Source: a virus
Taxonomy: Duplodnaviria > Caudoviricetes
Length of the DNA stretch: 60,347 bases
IMG/VR virus record: IMGVR_UViG_3300045107_000842
Location: 1 to 60,347 of that record
Direction: 5' to 3' (one strand)
Shown here: positions 25,958 through 34,814 of the stretch, piece after piece
Position numbering within the stretch: position 1 is the stretch's first letter
How the letters are laid out: each line of letters opens with the position of its first letter
The notes under the pieces: model-generated
Told to the model about the DNA's origin: nothing
Seen by the model: the letters and a program-made list of their open reading frames with translations, nothing else
The model's database searches: none
Translations under genes and position numbers: made by a program

Positions 25958-26093
25958 TGATCAGCGCCCCGCCCATCACGGCGAAGGTGAAAAGGCCGGC
26001 GACGACGCCCCACACCACTCCATGATGCTCGGCGACGCCCAAGCCGATCATCGTCGGCAATCCAACGAGGACGGCGATCACCACGCCGATCAC
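25950..26093 (-). CDS. Small two-TM membrane protein
   Basis: GTG overlapping the upstream stop; about 47 aa, almost entirely hydrophobic. Confidence 0.5.
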   Translation of the reverse strand: MIGVVIAVLVGLPTMIGLGVAEHHGVVWGVVAGLFTFAVMGGALISD

Positions 26094-27301
26094 GACCAGA
26101 CACCCTCGGGCTTGCCCGTCTCCCGCCATTCCCTGGCGGGCTGATAGATGACCCGCAGATCCTCGCCCGGCCAGGCGATCATCTCGACCAGGTGGCCGAT
26201 CGCGACGCGGTTGGCGAGGCAGAGGCTGTGGCCGGCCTCGCGCCATTTGCGCCAGAAGTCGATGTCGGCGTCGACATGGCCCTCGTTCCAGGTGCCGTCC
26301 GGCGCCGGCACGTCGTGGAACCAGGGCTTCGGCAGGGCCAGCAGCTTGTCGGTGCGCAGCAGGGTGAGGCCGAGATGCGCGGTGCCGAGCCCCGGCCAGA
26401 GGTCTTCGCCGAAGACGGCCGAGCGCACCTGCGACACCGGGCGCCCATCGTCGGACGCCGCGGTGAAGAGAGGCAGGTCGCGGAAGCGGCTCGCCTGCAC
26501 CGGGGCGATGGCGTCCGCCTCGGGGTGCACCATCAGGAGCTGCATCAGCAGGCTGACGTCGCCGCGGACGAACACGCTGTCATAGTCGAGCGTCAGGATG
26601 GCGTCGGGATTGTCGTCCGCGATCACCTTCTCGATGCAGCGCTCCAGGCACTGGCCCCAATAGGCGCCGGTGAAGCGCCGCAGCCTGATCTTGAGCCCGG
26701 GCAGCGATTCCTGGGCGCAGAACATGGTGTCCATGAAGCCCAGCCGCGGCGTCGACATGACGGCGCTGACGCCGAGATCTGGCTGGTGCGGCCGGGTGCC
26801 CTCGAGGTTGAGGCTGACCGGCAGGCCGGCGGAATCGCCGAGCTCCGAGGTCCAGCGCCGGATCAGCAGGAGGCCGGCCTCGGCCAGCAGCTGCTTCAGC
26901 GCGCGCTCGTCGAAGATCGACTTGTGGAAGTCGGCGGCGTCCTCCTGCCCGCCCATGACGTAGCCCTGGACGTTCGTCTGGCGGCCGGAGACGTAATCCT
27001 CCGCCACCTTCTCGAAGTCCGGCACGGCGATGCGGAGCCGGCCGCCGGGCCGCAGCTTCGCGGCCCAGTGCTTGACCACCTGGCCGACCTGGCCGTGCGG
27101 GAAATGCTCCAGCACGTGGCTGGCGCGGATCTCGTCGACGCTGCCGTCGGCGCAGGCGAGCGGGTAGACGGCGCTGCCGTGGCGCAGGCCGAGGGGGATG
27201 AAGCCGGGCGGGCTGATCTCGCCGGCGCCGAGGTCGAGGCGAAGGGGCTCACGTGGAGCCGCCGGGGACGCGGAGGAGAAAATGCGGGTGTTTTCCATCA
27301 T
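26090..27301 (-). CDS. Class I SAM methyltransferase fused to a GT-A-like domain
   Basis: LRLDLGAG, DEIRASHVLEHF, LRPGGRLRIAVPDF; then ILTLDYDSVF, HLGLTLLR..PKPWF, DADIDFW..IGH. Confidence 0.82.
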   Translation of the reverse strand: MMENTRIFSSASPAAPREPLRLDLGAGEISPPGFIPLGLRHGSAVYPLACADGSVDEIRASHVLEHFPHGQVGQVVKHWAAKLRPGGRLRIAVPDFEKVAEDYVSGRQTNVQGYVMGGQEDAADFHKSIFDERALKQLLAEAGLLLIRRWTSELGDSAGLPVSLNLEGTRPHQPDLGVSAVMSTPRLGFMDTMFCAQESLPGLKIRLRRFTGAYWGQCLERCIEKVIADDNPDAILTLDYDSVFVRGDVSLLMQLLMVHPEADAIAPVQASRFRDLPLFTAASDDGRPVSQVRSAVFGEDLWPGLGTAHLGLTLLRTDKLLALPKPWFHDVPAPDGTWNEGHVDADIDFWRKWREAGHSLCLANRVAIGHLVEMIAWPGEDLRVIYQPAREWRETGKPEGVWS

Positions 27302-27401
27302 GCCCTCTGCCGGGAAGGCGGAGGCCCCGGCGACCGGCATCGCCGGGGCCTCCTGGTGCGCGCGCACGTCTGGAAGGATCAGCGCCGTGCCGGCGGCGCG
27401 A

Positions 27402-27440
27402 CCCTCACCCCCTGCCCTCTCCCGCCCGCGGGAGAGGGGG
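27402..27440. repeat. REP-like palindromic element
   Basis: CCCTCACCCCCTGCCCTCTCCCGCCCGCGGGAGAGGGGG resembles alphaproteobacterial intergenic palindromes; single copy in the window. Confidence 0.6.
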
Positions 27441-27445
27441 ATCTG

Positions 27446-27883
27446 CTAGAACTCGACGAGAGCCAGCGCGCCGGCCTTGGCCGCGGTGACCGGGGCCTGC
27501 TCGCCGCGGCCGAGATTGGCGACGGCGGTGACGATCTGCGTCGTCGGCGGGGTGAAGACGACCTGCAGGTAGCGCTTGCGGGCGCGGCAATCGACGTTGA
27601 ACTTGTAATTGTTGTTGCCGCTGGTGAGCGCGGCCGGGACGGTCCAGCCGCTGCCGCCGCCGCCGACGGCGGCCGCGATGTCGGCGAAGTTGGACGCGTT
27701 GGTGTCGTCCGACTCCTGCAGCTTGATGACGGTCGGCTTGTTGGTGACCGCGTCGGCCGTGGTGGCGATGACGTCGATGGTCGCCCAGTCATAGCCGAGC
27801 GTGTCGATCGTGCCGGTCGCGGTGGCGCCGTTGGTCTTCGACACGTTGTTGATGGCGACGACGGACTTGAGCTGGGGGAACAT
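27446..27883 (-). CDS. Putative capsid decoration/cement protein
   Basis: 145 aa directly after the capsid gene; IDTLGY, KLQESDD, KRYLQV; GGAGGAG RBS. Confidence 0.75.
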   Translation of the reverse strand: MFPQLKSVVAINNVSKTNGATATGTIDTLGYDWATIDVIATTADAVTNKPTVIKLQESDDTNASNFADIAAAVGGGGSGWTVPAALTSGNNNYKFNVDCRARKRYLQVVFTPPTTQIVTAVANLGRGEQAPVTAAKAGALALVEF

Positions 27884-27973
27884 GGGCTCCTCCGGAGCGG
27901 GGAGAAAGATGGAGCGGAGCCCCCCGTCCTTGGACGAGGGGCTCGGGACAAGGGCAGCGCGGAGGCCGTCGCC

Positions 27974-29287
27974 TTACGGCGAGATCAGCGCGACGAGCGG
28001 ACCGGCGGTCGTGTTGTCGCCCATGTCATGGACGTTCACGTCGATCCGCTCGGTGCCGAGCAGGCCGATCTGGTCGTTCTCGAAGTAGCGGTGATCGGAG
28101 CGGCGGATCGTGACGATGCGGCGCTCGCCCATCATCGCGGCCTTGCTGAGGTCGCCGAAGGCGAACATCGCCTTGCCGGAGCCCGGGGTGGCGATCGGCA
28201 GCTTCTGGGCGATCGACACGGGGAAGCCGAGCAGCCGCTTCTCGAGACCCTGGGCCAGGATGTCGAGCCTGTTGCCGCCGGCGCCTGCCAGGATGGTGGC
28301 GACGACGGAGAAGAACACCTGCTGGCTCATGTACCAGCGGGCGCCGGGCAGGGCGTACTGCGGCAGGGCGCCCTGCAGGCCAGTGAGATCCTTCACCACG
28401 AGCGAGGTGAAGGTGGCGCTGGAGGCGGTGACCTTGCAGGCGTTGTGGTTGCCGTCGACGGCCAAGGTGGTGATGCCGCGGATGCCGCCGAAGCTGGAGG
28501 TGCCGTCGCCGTTGAACCCGCTGTCGTCCTCCTTCAGGGCGAAGGCGTAGGCGATCTCGCCGACCAGCCAGTCGGCGATCGAGACCACCGCGTCCTCGGC
28601 GATCTCGTTCGACATGCGGGTCAGCACCGCCAGCTTCTTGGCGGTCAGGTTGACGTTGTCCCACGCGGCCTGCGACTCGGTGGCCGCCTGGTTCTCGCCG
28701 GTGAAGTACGCGGTCAGGCCGCCGGTGCGGCGCGGCCAGTTCAGCGTGTCGCTGCCCATCGGAACGACCTGGCATTCCTGCCGGAACACGCCGTAGAGCT
28801 CGCGGAGCACGATGATGCTGGCCATCAGCTCCTCGGGAACGAGGAAGCCGCCGGCGCTGTCGACACCCTCGCCCTGGGCCTTGGCGATGCTGACGCCGCG
28901 CGACTTGCACCACTCCGCCGCCTCGGCGTTGCCGAGCACGGTCGCCTTGAACCACTGGCCGACGGTGTAGGCCTGGTCGACGGCGCGCACCATGCGCCCT
29001 TCGATCTCCCGGTCGCGGAAGTTCTTCAGGCGCGAATAGAGCTTGTGAGCGGAGGGCGGCGCGAACGGCGTCAGCCGGTCCTGGCCCGGCACGGGGGTCG
29101 CCAGGTTGGCGGCGATCTTCTCCGCCTCCTCGACGCGGCCGAGCTGCTTGTTGAGCTCGATGAACTTCTCCTTCATCGCCTCGTAGATGTCCTGCTTGAA
29201 GCCCTCGTCGTCGGACTTGCCGGCCATCGCCTCGATCTCGTCGGCGAGCTTCGACAGGGCCTGCTTGATCTCATGCTTCTTGGCCAT
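27974..29287 (-). CDS. Major capsid protein, HK97 fold, with N-terminal coiled-coil delta-like domain
   Basis: AGGFLVPEEL, LTAKKLA, FNGDGT, LLGFPV, FGDLSK, ERIDV. Confidence 0.93.
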   Translation of the reverse strand: MAKKHEIKQALSKLADEIEAMAGKSDDEGFKQDIYEAMKEKFIELNKQLGRVEEAEKIAANLATPVPGQDRLTPFAPPSAHKLYSRLKNFRDREIEGRMVRAVDQAYTVGQWFKATVLGNAEAAEWCKSRGVSIAKAQGEGVDSAGGFLVPEELMASIIVLRELYGVFRQECQVVPMGSDTLNWPRRTGGLTAYFTGENQAATESQAAWDNVNLTAKKLAVLTRMSNEIAEDAVVSIADWLVGEIAYAFALKEDDSGFNGDGTSSFGGIRGITTLAVDGNHNACKVTASSATFTSLVVKDLTGLQGALPQYALPGARWYMSQQVFFSVVATILAGAGGNRLDILAQGLEKRLLGFPVSIAQKLPIATPGSGKAMFAFGDLSKAAMMGERRIVTIRRSDHRYFENDQIGLLGTERIDVNVHDMGDNTTAGPLVALISP

Positions 29288-29378
29288 GGATGGCTCCATG
29301 TGGGGTCGGCCGCGGCGGGGCTCCGCGCGGCGGGTCTGTCGGGTGGGTCCTCGGCCGCGCGCGATGCGCGGGCTCGCC

Positions 29379-30812
29379 TCAGCGCTTGGCCGCGGCGAGC
29401 AGCTCCTTCGCCTCGCGGAGGCGCCTGCTGCGCGTGTCCTCGGGCGGCGGGGGCGTGACGACGGGCGCCTCGATCACCTCGGGCTGGTCGTCGTCGGGGT
29501 CCTGGTCGGGCTCGGCGTCGTCAGGCGCGTTGCTGTCGAGTACCTTGCGAATGCAGGCGGACGCGGACTCGTGATGGCCCAGCGCCTCCTTGAGATGCGC
29601 CTCGTTGGCGCTGCTGATGCGGCGGCCGGCCTTCCTGCCGGGCGCGAGTCCTGCCTCTTCCATCTGTTCCAGGACCTGGTCGAGCTCGGCCTTGACCTTG
29701 CCGATACGCGCCTCGAACTGGGTCGTGTCGATGTCGAGCACGATGCTCGTCTTCTTGAGCGCCGCCTTGCTCGCGTCGGCGAGCTTCGTCTCGTAGCCGT
29801 CGAGGACCTTGCGGGCCTCCTCGCGCACGGCCTCGGGCGCATCGGTCTGCGGCAGGCGCGAGGCCGCGGCGCGGATGCCGCCCTCGATCGCCTTCAGCGT
29901 GCCGTCGACCAGGTCGGCGAAGGGCAGCTTGTAGCTGGAGCGCAGCGCCGGGTTGGCGGCGTCGTGGATCAGGAAGCCGCGGGCCGCCTTGGTGGCGTCG
30001 GGGCTCTCGCCGTCGAAGCCGGCATCGTCGAGCATGCGCTTGGCGGCGGCCGCGCCGTCCCAGGCGGTGGCGGTGTCGACCGGTAGGTCACTGCTGGCAC
30101 CGACCTTCCAGTCCGCGGTGTCGGACTTGGCGAGGTAGCGGCGCCGGACGGCGGTCGGGGTCTTCGCCTGGCGGAACGTCTCCTCAAGCAAATCGCGCGG
30201 CACCAGCACGCTGCCGCCCTGGTCGAGCAGGCGGGCGGCCCAGTGGCGGAACGGCTCGGTGTCGATGCCGCCGATCGACCGCGCCTCGACCAGCGCCTCC
30301 GGGTTGGCCGGGATCGGCACGACGGAGAACTCGAGCAGCTCCTGCTCCTCGAAGTCGATGCCCCACCGGCGGGCCGGGTCGTCGACGAAGGCGTATTTGA
30401 GCGGGATGAAGCCGACGGAGACCGCGGAGAGGTAGCCCTGCTTCAGGCACTGGAAGACGGCGTCGGCGAAGCCGCTGATATCGCGCGGCATGAACTCGGC
30501 CGAGGCCTTGAGCGCACCGGCGTCGGTGCGGAGGCTGCTGGCCTTTGCGACCGGCAGCATGGTCGGGTCGTGAGCCCACAGCACGACCGGGTTCTTGCGA
30601 TAGGCGTCGAGCTTCCAGCCGTCGACGGCGACGGAGTCGCCCACGCGGTCGATCGCGGCGGTGCTGATGGTGAAATCGAGCACCCGCGACGTCTCGTCGG
30701 CCGGCGCCTTGACCTCGGCGGCGAACGCCTTGCGCAGCTGCGCGTCGGCCGGCAGCGAGCCCGCCTGCGCGGCCGCGCGGAGCTCCGCCTCCGTCAGCAG
30801 CTTGACGGTCAT
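29379..30812 (-). CDS. HK97-family prohead protease with C-terminal extension
   Basis: DRVGD, YRKNPVVLWAHD, LSAVSVGFIP, QELLEFSVVPIPANPEAL. Confidence 0.9.
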   Translation of the reverse strand: MTVKLLTEAELRAAAQAGSLPADAQLRKAFAAEVKAPADETSRVLDFTISTAAIDRVGDSVAVDGWKLDAYRKNPVVLWAHDPTMLPVAKASSLRTDAGALKASAEFMPRDISGFADAVFQCLKQGYLSAVSVGFIPLKYAFVDDPARRWGIDFEEQELLEFSVVPIPANPEALVEARSIGGIDTEPFRHWAARLLDQGGSVLVPRDLLEETFRQAKTPTAVRRRYLAKSDTADWKVGASSDLPVDTATAWDGAAAAKRMLDDAGFDGESPDATKAARGFLIHDAANPALRSSYKLPFADLVDGTLKAIEGGIRAAASRLPQTDAPEAVREEARKVLDGYETKLADASKAALKKTSIVLDIDTTQFEARIGKVKAELDQVLEQMEEAGLAPGRKAGRRISSANEAHLKEALGHHESASACIRKVLDSNAPDDAEPDQDPDDDQPEVIEAPVVTPPPPEDTRSRRLREAKELLAAAKR

Positions 30813-31876
30813 CAGGCGCCTCCCACCAGGGCCGCCATCGACCCCGTGTTGCTGTTGTCGCCGAGGTCGTGCAGCACGGCGTGGAAGCGCTCGGTGGCGA
30901 GGATCGCGACCTGGTCCTGGTCGAGGTAGCGATCGGCCGAGCGGGCCAGCGTCAGCCCGCGGCGCTGGCCGAGCAGGCCCGCGGCGTACATATCGCCGAA
31001 GCCCAGCATGACCTTGCCGGCGAGGCTCGTGGAGACCAGCGGCAGCTTCTGCGTGAGGATCACCGGGAAGCCCAGATAGTGCGGCGTCAGGATCCCGTCG
31101 CTTTCGGCCATGGGCAGGTAGCCGGTGCCGCCGGCCAGCCGGATGAAGGTCTGGCTGAGGCAGGTCTGGCTGCAGAACCACGCGGCGTTCGGGATCGCCG
31201 AGGCGCGGACCGCGGCGAGCAGGCTCGAGAGGTCGGTCGAATCGAGGGTGAGGAAGGTGTTGTGGCCTGCCGCGGCGGTGACCTTCGCCTTGGCATGGGC
31301 GCCGTCGAGCACCAGCTGACCCAGGCCGTACATGCGGCCGAAGGACGAGGATCCGTCGCCGTTGAAGGCGCAGTCGTCCTCCTTGGCGGCGAGCGCGAAC
31401 GCCGCCTCGTTGGCGATCAGGTCGACGATCGCCGGGGCGCTGTCCTCCTCGAGCTCGGTCGAGATGCGGATGAGAGCGCCGAGCTTTCGCGCAGTGAGGC
31501 CGACCTGGTCGATGGTGGCCTGCGTCTCGGCGGCGGCAGCGCCCTCGCCGATGAAGCCGACCGCGATGCTGCCGCCGGTGTGACGCGGCGCCTCGGTGTG
31601 GTCGCTGCCCATCGGCCAGATGCGGGCGCGGCGCCGGAAGGCGCCGTAGAGGTCGCGCAGGTCGAGGATCGCCCGGGCGAGCTCGACCGGAACGAGGAAG
31701 CCGCCGGCGGTGCCGATGCCCTCGGCAGCCGCCTTGCGCAGCGGGATGCCGTTGTTGCGGCACCACTCCGCTGCCAGCTCGTTGCCGAAGATCGAAGCCT
31801 GCAGCCACTGCGCGGCGCGCTCGTAGCGCGCCTCGACCTCAGGGCCGCGGCCCGGGAAGGCACGGTGCTTCAGCAT
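30812..31876 (-). CDS. Second HK97-fold capsid protein paralog
   Basis: AGGFLVPVEL, LTARKLG, FNGDGS, YLGFPV, FGDM; collinear with 27974..29287 but without the N-terminal coiled coil. Confidence 0.9.
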   Translation of the reverse strand: MLKHRAFPGRGPEVEARYERAAQWLQASIFGNELAAEWCRNNGIPLRKAAAEGIGTAGGFLVPVELARAILDLRDLYGAFRRRARIWPMGSDHTEAPRHTGGSIAVGFIGEGAAAAETQATIDQVGLTARKLGALIRISTELEEDSAPAIVDLIANEAAFALAAKEDDCAFNGDGSSSFGRMYGLGQLVLDGAHAKAKVTAAAGHNTFLTLDSTDLSSLLAAVRASAIPNAAWFCSQTCLSQTFIRLAGGTGYLPMAESDGILTPHYLGFPVILTQKLPLVSTSLAGKVMLGFGDMYAAGLLGQRRGLTLARSADRYLDQDQVAILATERFHAVLHDLGDNSNTGSMAALVGGA

Positions 31877-31896
31877 GCGCGCATCGTCTCCGTTTC

Positions 31897-33207
31897 TCAG
31901 CTCTGCGCCGATTCGTCGGGCACCGCGGCGGGATCGCCGTCGCCGCCCGGCGCCGGCGCGCCGGTCACGTCGCTGCCAGGGCCGGTGGCGGCCTTGGCCG
32001 GCGGCTCCCAGCCGAGCGGCGCCACGTTGGTGGGCTGGTAGAGCTTGTCGCCGTCGGGATCGTCGGGCAGGCCCTCGGCGCGGCGTACCTCGTTGGGCTT
32101 CAGGAACATGCCGACGATGCCGACCCGGTAGGCATTGTAGCGGGTGCCGATATCGGCCCGCAGGAAGCGGCTGATATCGAACTCGGCAAAGACGCCGTCA
32201 GCAGCGAGGCCGAGCGCATCGTTGAGCTTCGCCTCCCACCGCTCCAGGTCGGAGGAGACGACGTTGTTCACGTAGTCCTGGTCGGCCTGCGACATGCTGG
32301 CGTTGGTGCCGCGGTCGGTGATGCCGATCTTGTGGCCCGGCATGCGGTAGAGGCGGGCGATCTCCTCGACGGAGAACCGGCGCGATTCGAGGAATTGCGC
32401 GTCGGTGTTGGTCATGCCGAGCGCCTCCCATTGGAGGCCCTCCTCGAGGACGGCGGTCCTGCCGGCGTTGGCCAGGCCGCCATAGTTCTCCTGCCACTGC
32501 GCCTTCAGGCGGTCGATCACGTCCTGCGACAGCTTCTTGTCGGTCCGCAGCACGCCGCCGGGCCGCGCGCCGTTGCCGAAGAGGCGCGAAGCGTGCTCCT
32601 GCTGGGCGAGGCTGAGGCCGATGGTGTCGCGGGCGAGCCCGATGCGCGACAGCCCGACCAAGCCGTTGAAGGTGAGCCAGCGGAGGTGGAGCATGTCCTC
32701 GGCCGGGATCATCAGCGGCAGCGACTTCAGGTGCGCCGCCAGATGCGGGCCGCTGCGGGCGACCTGGTAGAAGACCTCGCCCGACGGCGCCTCGAAGAGG
32801 CTCACCAGGTCGGGGTTGCAAGGCACCAGCGCGACGACGCGGCCGCGGCCGTCGCGGATGATCGCGGCATAGCCGTTGCCGCGCAGCAGCAGGCCGGCCT
32901 GGATCTGCTCGACGAACTCGAAGCGGGTCTGCCAGCCGTTCGGCCGCTGCAGCAGCTTCTCGGCCCAGTGCTCGGTCGCGATCTCGCGGCCGCCATTGGC
33001 GAGCGGCCGGTAGACGTGCAGCGGCAGCTTGGCGACGTCCTCGGCCCGGATCGAGACGCAGGCCATGATGGCCGAGGCCTGCATGGCGGTGTGCTGGGTC
33101 ACGGCGATGCCGGTCGCCGAGCGCGTCCAGCCGCCGAACTCCCGCCACCACTCGTCGGGCGTCATCTTGCGCCGCCACAGGCCGCCGAGGAAGGATCGCA
33201 GTCCCAT
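31897..33207 (-). CDS. Portal protein, HK97 family
   Basis: VAKLPLHVY, LLLRGNGY, FGNGARPGGVL, DAQFLESRRF, PNEVRRAEGL. Confidence 0.95.
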   Translation of the reverse strand: MGLRSFLGGLWRRKMTPDEWWREFGGWTRSATGIAVTQHTAMQASAIMACVSIRAEDVAKLPLHVYRPLANGGREIATEHWAEKLLQRPNGWQTRFEFVEQIQAGLLLRGNGYAAIIRDGRGRVVALVPCNPDLVSLFEAPSGEVFYQVARSGPHLAAHLKSLPLMIPAEDMLHLRWLTFNGLVGLSRIGLARDTIGLSLAQQEHASRLFGNGARPGGVLRTDKKLSQDVIDRLKAQWQENYGGLANAGRTAVLEEGLQWEALGMTNTDAQFLESRRFSVEEIARLYRMPGHKIGITDRGTNASMSQADQDYVNNVVSSDLERWEAKLNDALGLAADGVFAEFDISRFLRADIGTRYNAYRVGIVGMFLKPNEVRRAEGLPDDPDGDKLYQPTNVAPLGWEPPAKAATGPGSDVTGAPAPGGDGDPAAVPDESAQS

Positions 33208-33212
33208 GTCGC

Positions 33213-34814
33213 TCAGATCACCAAGAGGCTGCGTCCATCGGCGTAGGGAACCGGGCTGCCATCGACCATGGCCCGGCCGAGCGCCATGATCGCCGCGACG
33301 ATGCCGTCGATGCGCAGCGTCGCGGCGCCCTTGTCAGGCTTGATGTTGCCGGCCGGGTCGGAGACCACGGACACGGCCTTGGCCATCTCGCGCAGCACCG
33401 GGTGGCGGCCGTGGCACCAGCGGCGCTGCAGCACCAGGCGCTCCAGCTCCTTGGCCGGCTCCGACATCGAGCGAAAGCCCTGGCCGAACTCGATCATGGC
33501 GAGGCCTTCGTCCTGCATGCGCGTCGCGAACTGCGTCGCGTTCCAGGCGTCGTAGGCGCACTCCTCGATGCGGAAGCGGCGCCCGTCCTGGCGCAGCCGC
33601 TCCTCGATCCAGCCGTAGTCGACGACGTTGCCGGGCGTGAGGGTCAGCGCGCCCTCGGCGGCCCAGCGGTCATAGGGCAGCCGGTCGCGGCGGATCCGCG
33701 CCTCGAGGTCCTCTGCCGGCAGGAAGAAGCGCGGCAGCACGTACCAGGCGCCGTCCGGCTCGGCCGGCGGAAAGACCAGCACCAGCGCGGTGACGTCGAT
33801 CTTGGAGGAGAGGTCGACCGCCGCGAAGCAGCGGCGGCCGGCGAGCCGCTCCTCGAGCTCGCGCCAGGATGCCGGGCCGGCGCTCTCGTCCCAGGCGGCG
33901 ATCGCCAGCCAGCGGCTGACCTGCTCGGTCCACTGGTTGAGGTGGTAGCGGCGGAAGTTGTTCTCGAGCCGCGCACTCTCGCGGGCCCGCAGGCACTGCT
34001 CGCGCAGGAAGTCGAGCCGGGGGCTCACCCCGAGATTGGGGTTGGCCTTGGCCCAGACGCGCTCGTCGGTCCAGTCGTCATCCGGATCGGCGGCGAAGAC
34101 CACCGGCAGGAAGCTCGGGTCGTAGAGGGTGCCGTCGAGCACCTTCATCGCCCGGTCGTGCACCTCCCAGCCATAGCCCCAGCCCTTGATGCCGGCGGTG
34201 GTGATCTCGAGGCTGAGCGGCTGGGCCCGGGCGCCCATGCCGTCGCGGATCACCTGGGCCAGCTCGCCATTGGCCCAGGCGTGGATCTCGTCGGCGATCG
34301 AGAAGCTGGGGCTGAAGCCGTGCTTGCTGTCGGGCCGGGAGCTGAGCGGCTTGAAGCTCGCCATCAGCTCGGGGCAGTAGATCGAGGTCTTCAGCAGCTC
34401 GAGGTGGCGCGAGAGGTCCTCCGACATGCTGGCCATGCGGGAGGCCTTGTCGAAGACCAGGCGGGCCTGGTCCTTCTCGACCGCGGCCGCGTAGCCCTGG
34501 CCGCCGAACTCGCCGTCGCCGATCAGGCAGAGCAGCGAGACGCCGGCACAGAGCTCGGTCTTGCCGTTCTTGCGCGGCACCTCGAGGTAGACGCTGCGGA
34601 TCAGGCGAAGCCCGTCGGCGCGCTTCCAGCCATAGGCCGGGCGGATCGCCCGCTCGGCCTGCCAGGCGGCGAGGTTGAAGGGCTGGCCGGCCCAGCGGCC
34701 CTCGGTGTGGCGCAGATATTTCGGGAAGAACGCCGCCGCCGCATCGGCCGCGGCGGCGTCGAACCAGCATCCATCGGGCGGGTCGAACGGCAGCCCGTGC
34801 CGATCAATGGACAC
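33213..34814 (-). CDS. Terminase large subunit
   Basis: VPRKNGKT (Walker A), IADEIH, ITTAG, KANPNLG, VDLSSKID, RIDGIVAAIMA. Confidence 0.96.
   Translation of the reverse strand: MSIDRHGLPFDPPDGCWFDAAAADAAAAFFPKYLRHTEGRWAGQPFNLAAWQAERAIRPAYGWKRADGLRLIRSVYLEVPRKNGKTELCAGVSLLCLIGDGEFGGQGYAAAVEKDQARLVFDKASRMASMSEDLSRHLELLKTSIYCPELMASFKPLSSRPDSKHGFSPSFSIADEIHAWANGELAQVIRDGMGARAQPLSLEITTAGIKGWGYGWEVHDRAMKVLDGTLYDPSFLPVVFAADPDDDWTDERVWAKANPNLGVSPRLDFLREQCLRARESARLENNFRRYHLNQWTEQVSRWLAIAAWDESAGPASWRELEERLAGRRCFAAVDLSSKIDVTALVLVFPPAEPDGAWYVLPRFFLPAEDLEARIRRDRLPYDRWAAEGALTLTPGNVVDYGWIEERLRQDGRRFRIEECAYDAWNATQFATRMQDEGLAMIEFGQGFRSMSEPAKELERLVLQRRWCHGRHPVLREMAKAVSVVSDPAGNIKPDKGAATLRIDGIVAAIMALGRAMVDGSPVPYADGRSLLVI

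Noticed and set aside
26192-29458. Very long + strand ORFs (1088 aa here; also 10674..13088, 41916..44351, 46092..48047)
   Set aside because: Antisense shadows of well-supported minus-strand genes; expected at this GC content and without recognisable motifs
29379-31808. 809-aa protease ORF overlapping the second capsid gene
   Set aside because: The N-terminal 332 codons are an Arg-rich alternative-frame read of the capsid paralog; the likely start is ATG 30812 at the TGATG junction
10374-33207. Gene transfer agent instead of a prophage
   Set aside because: Integrase, CI/Cro switch, replication genes, origin-like repeats and a cos-like region are all present
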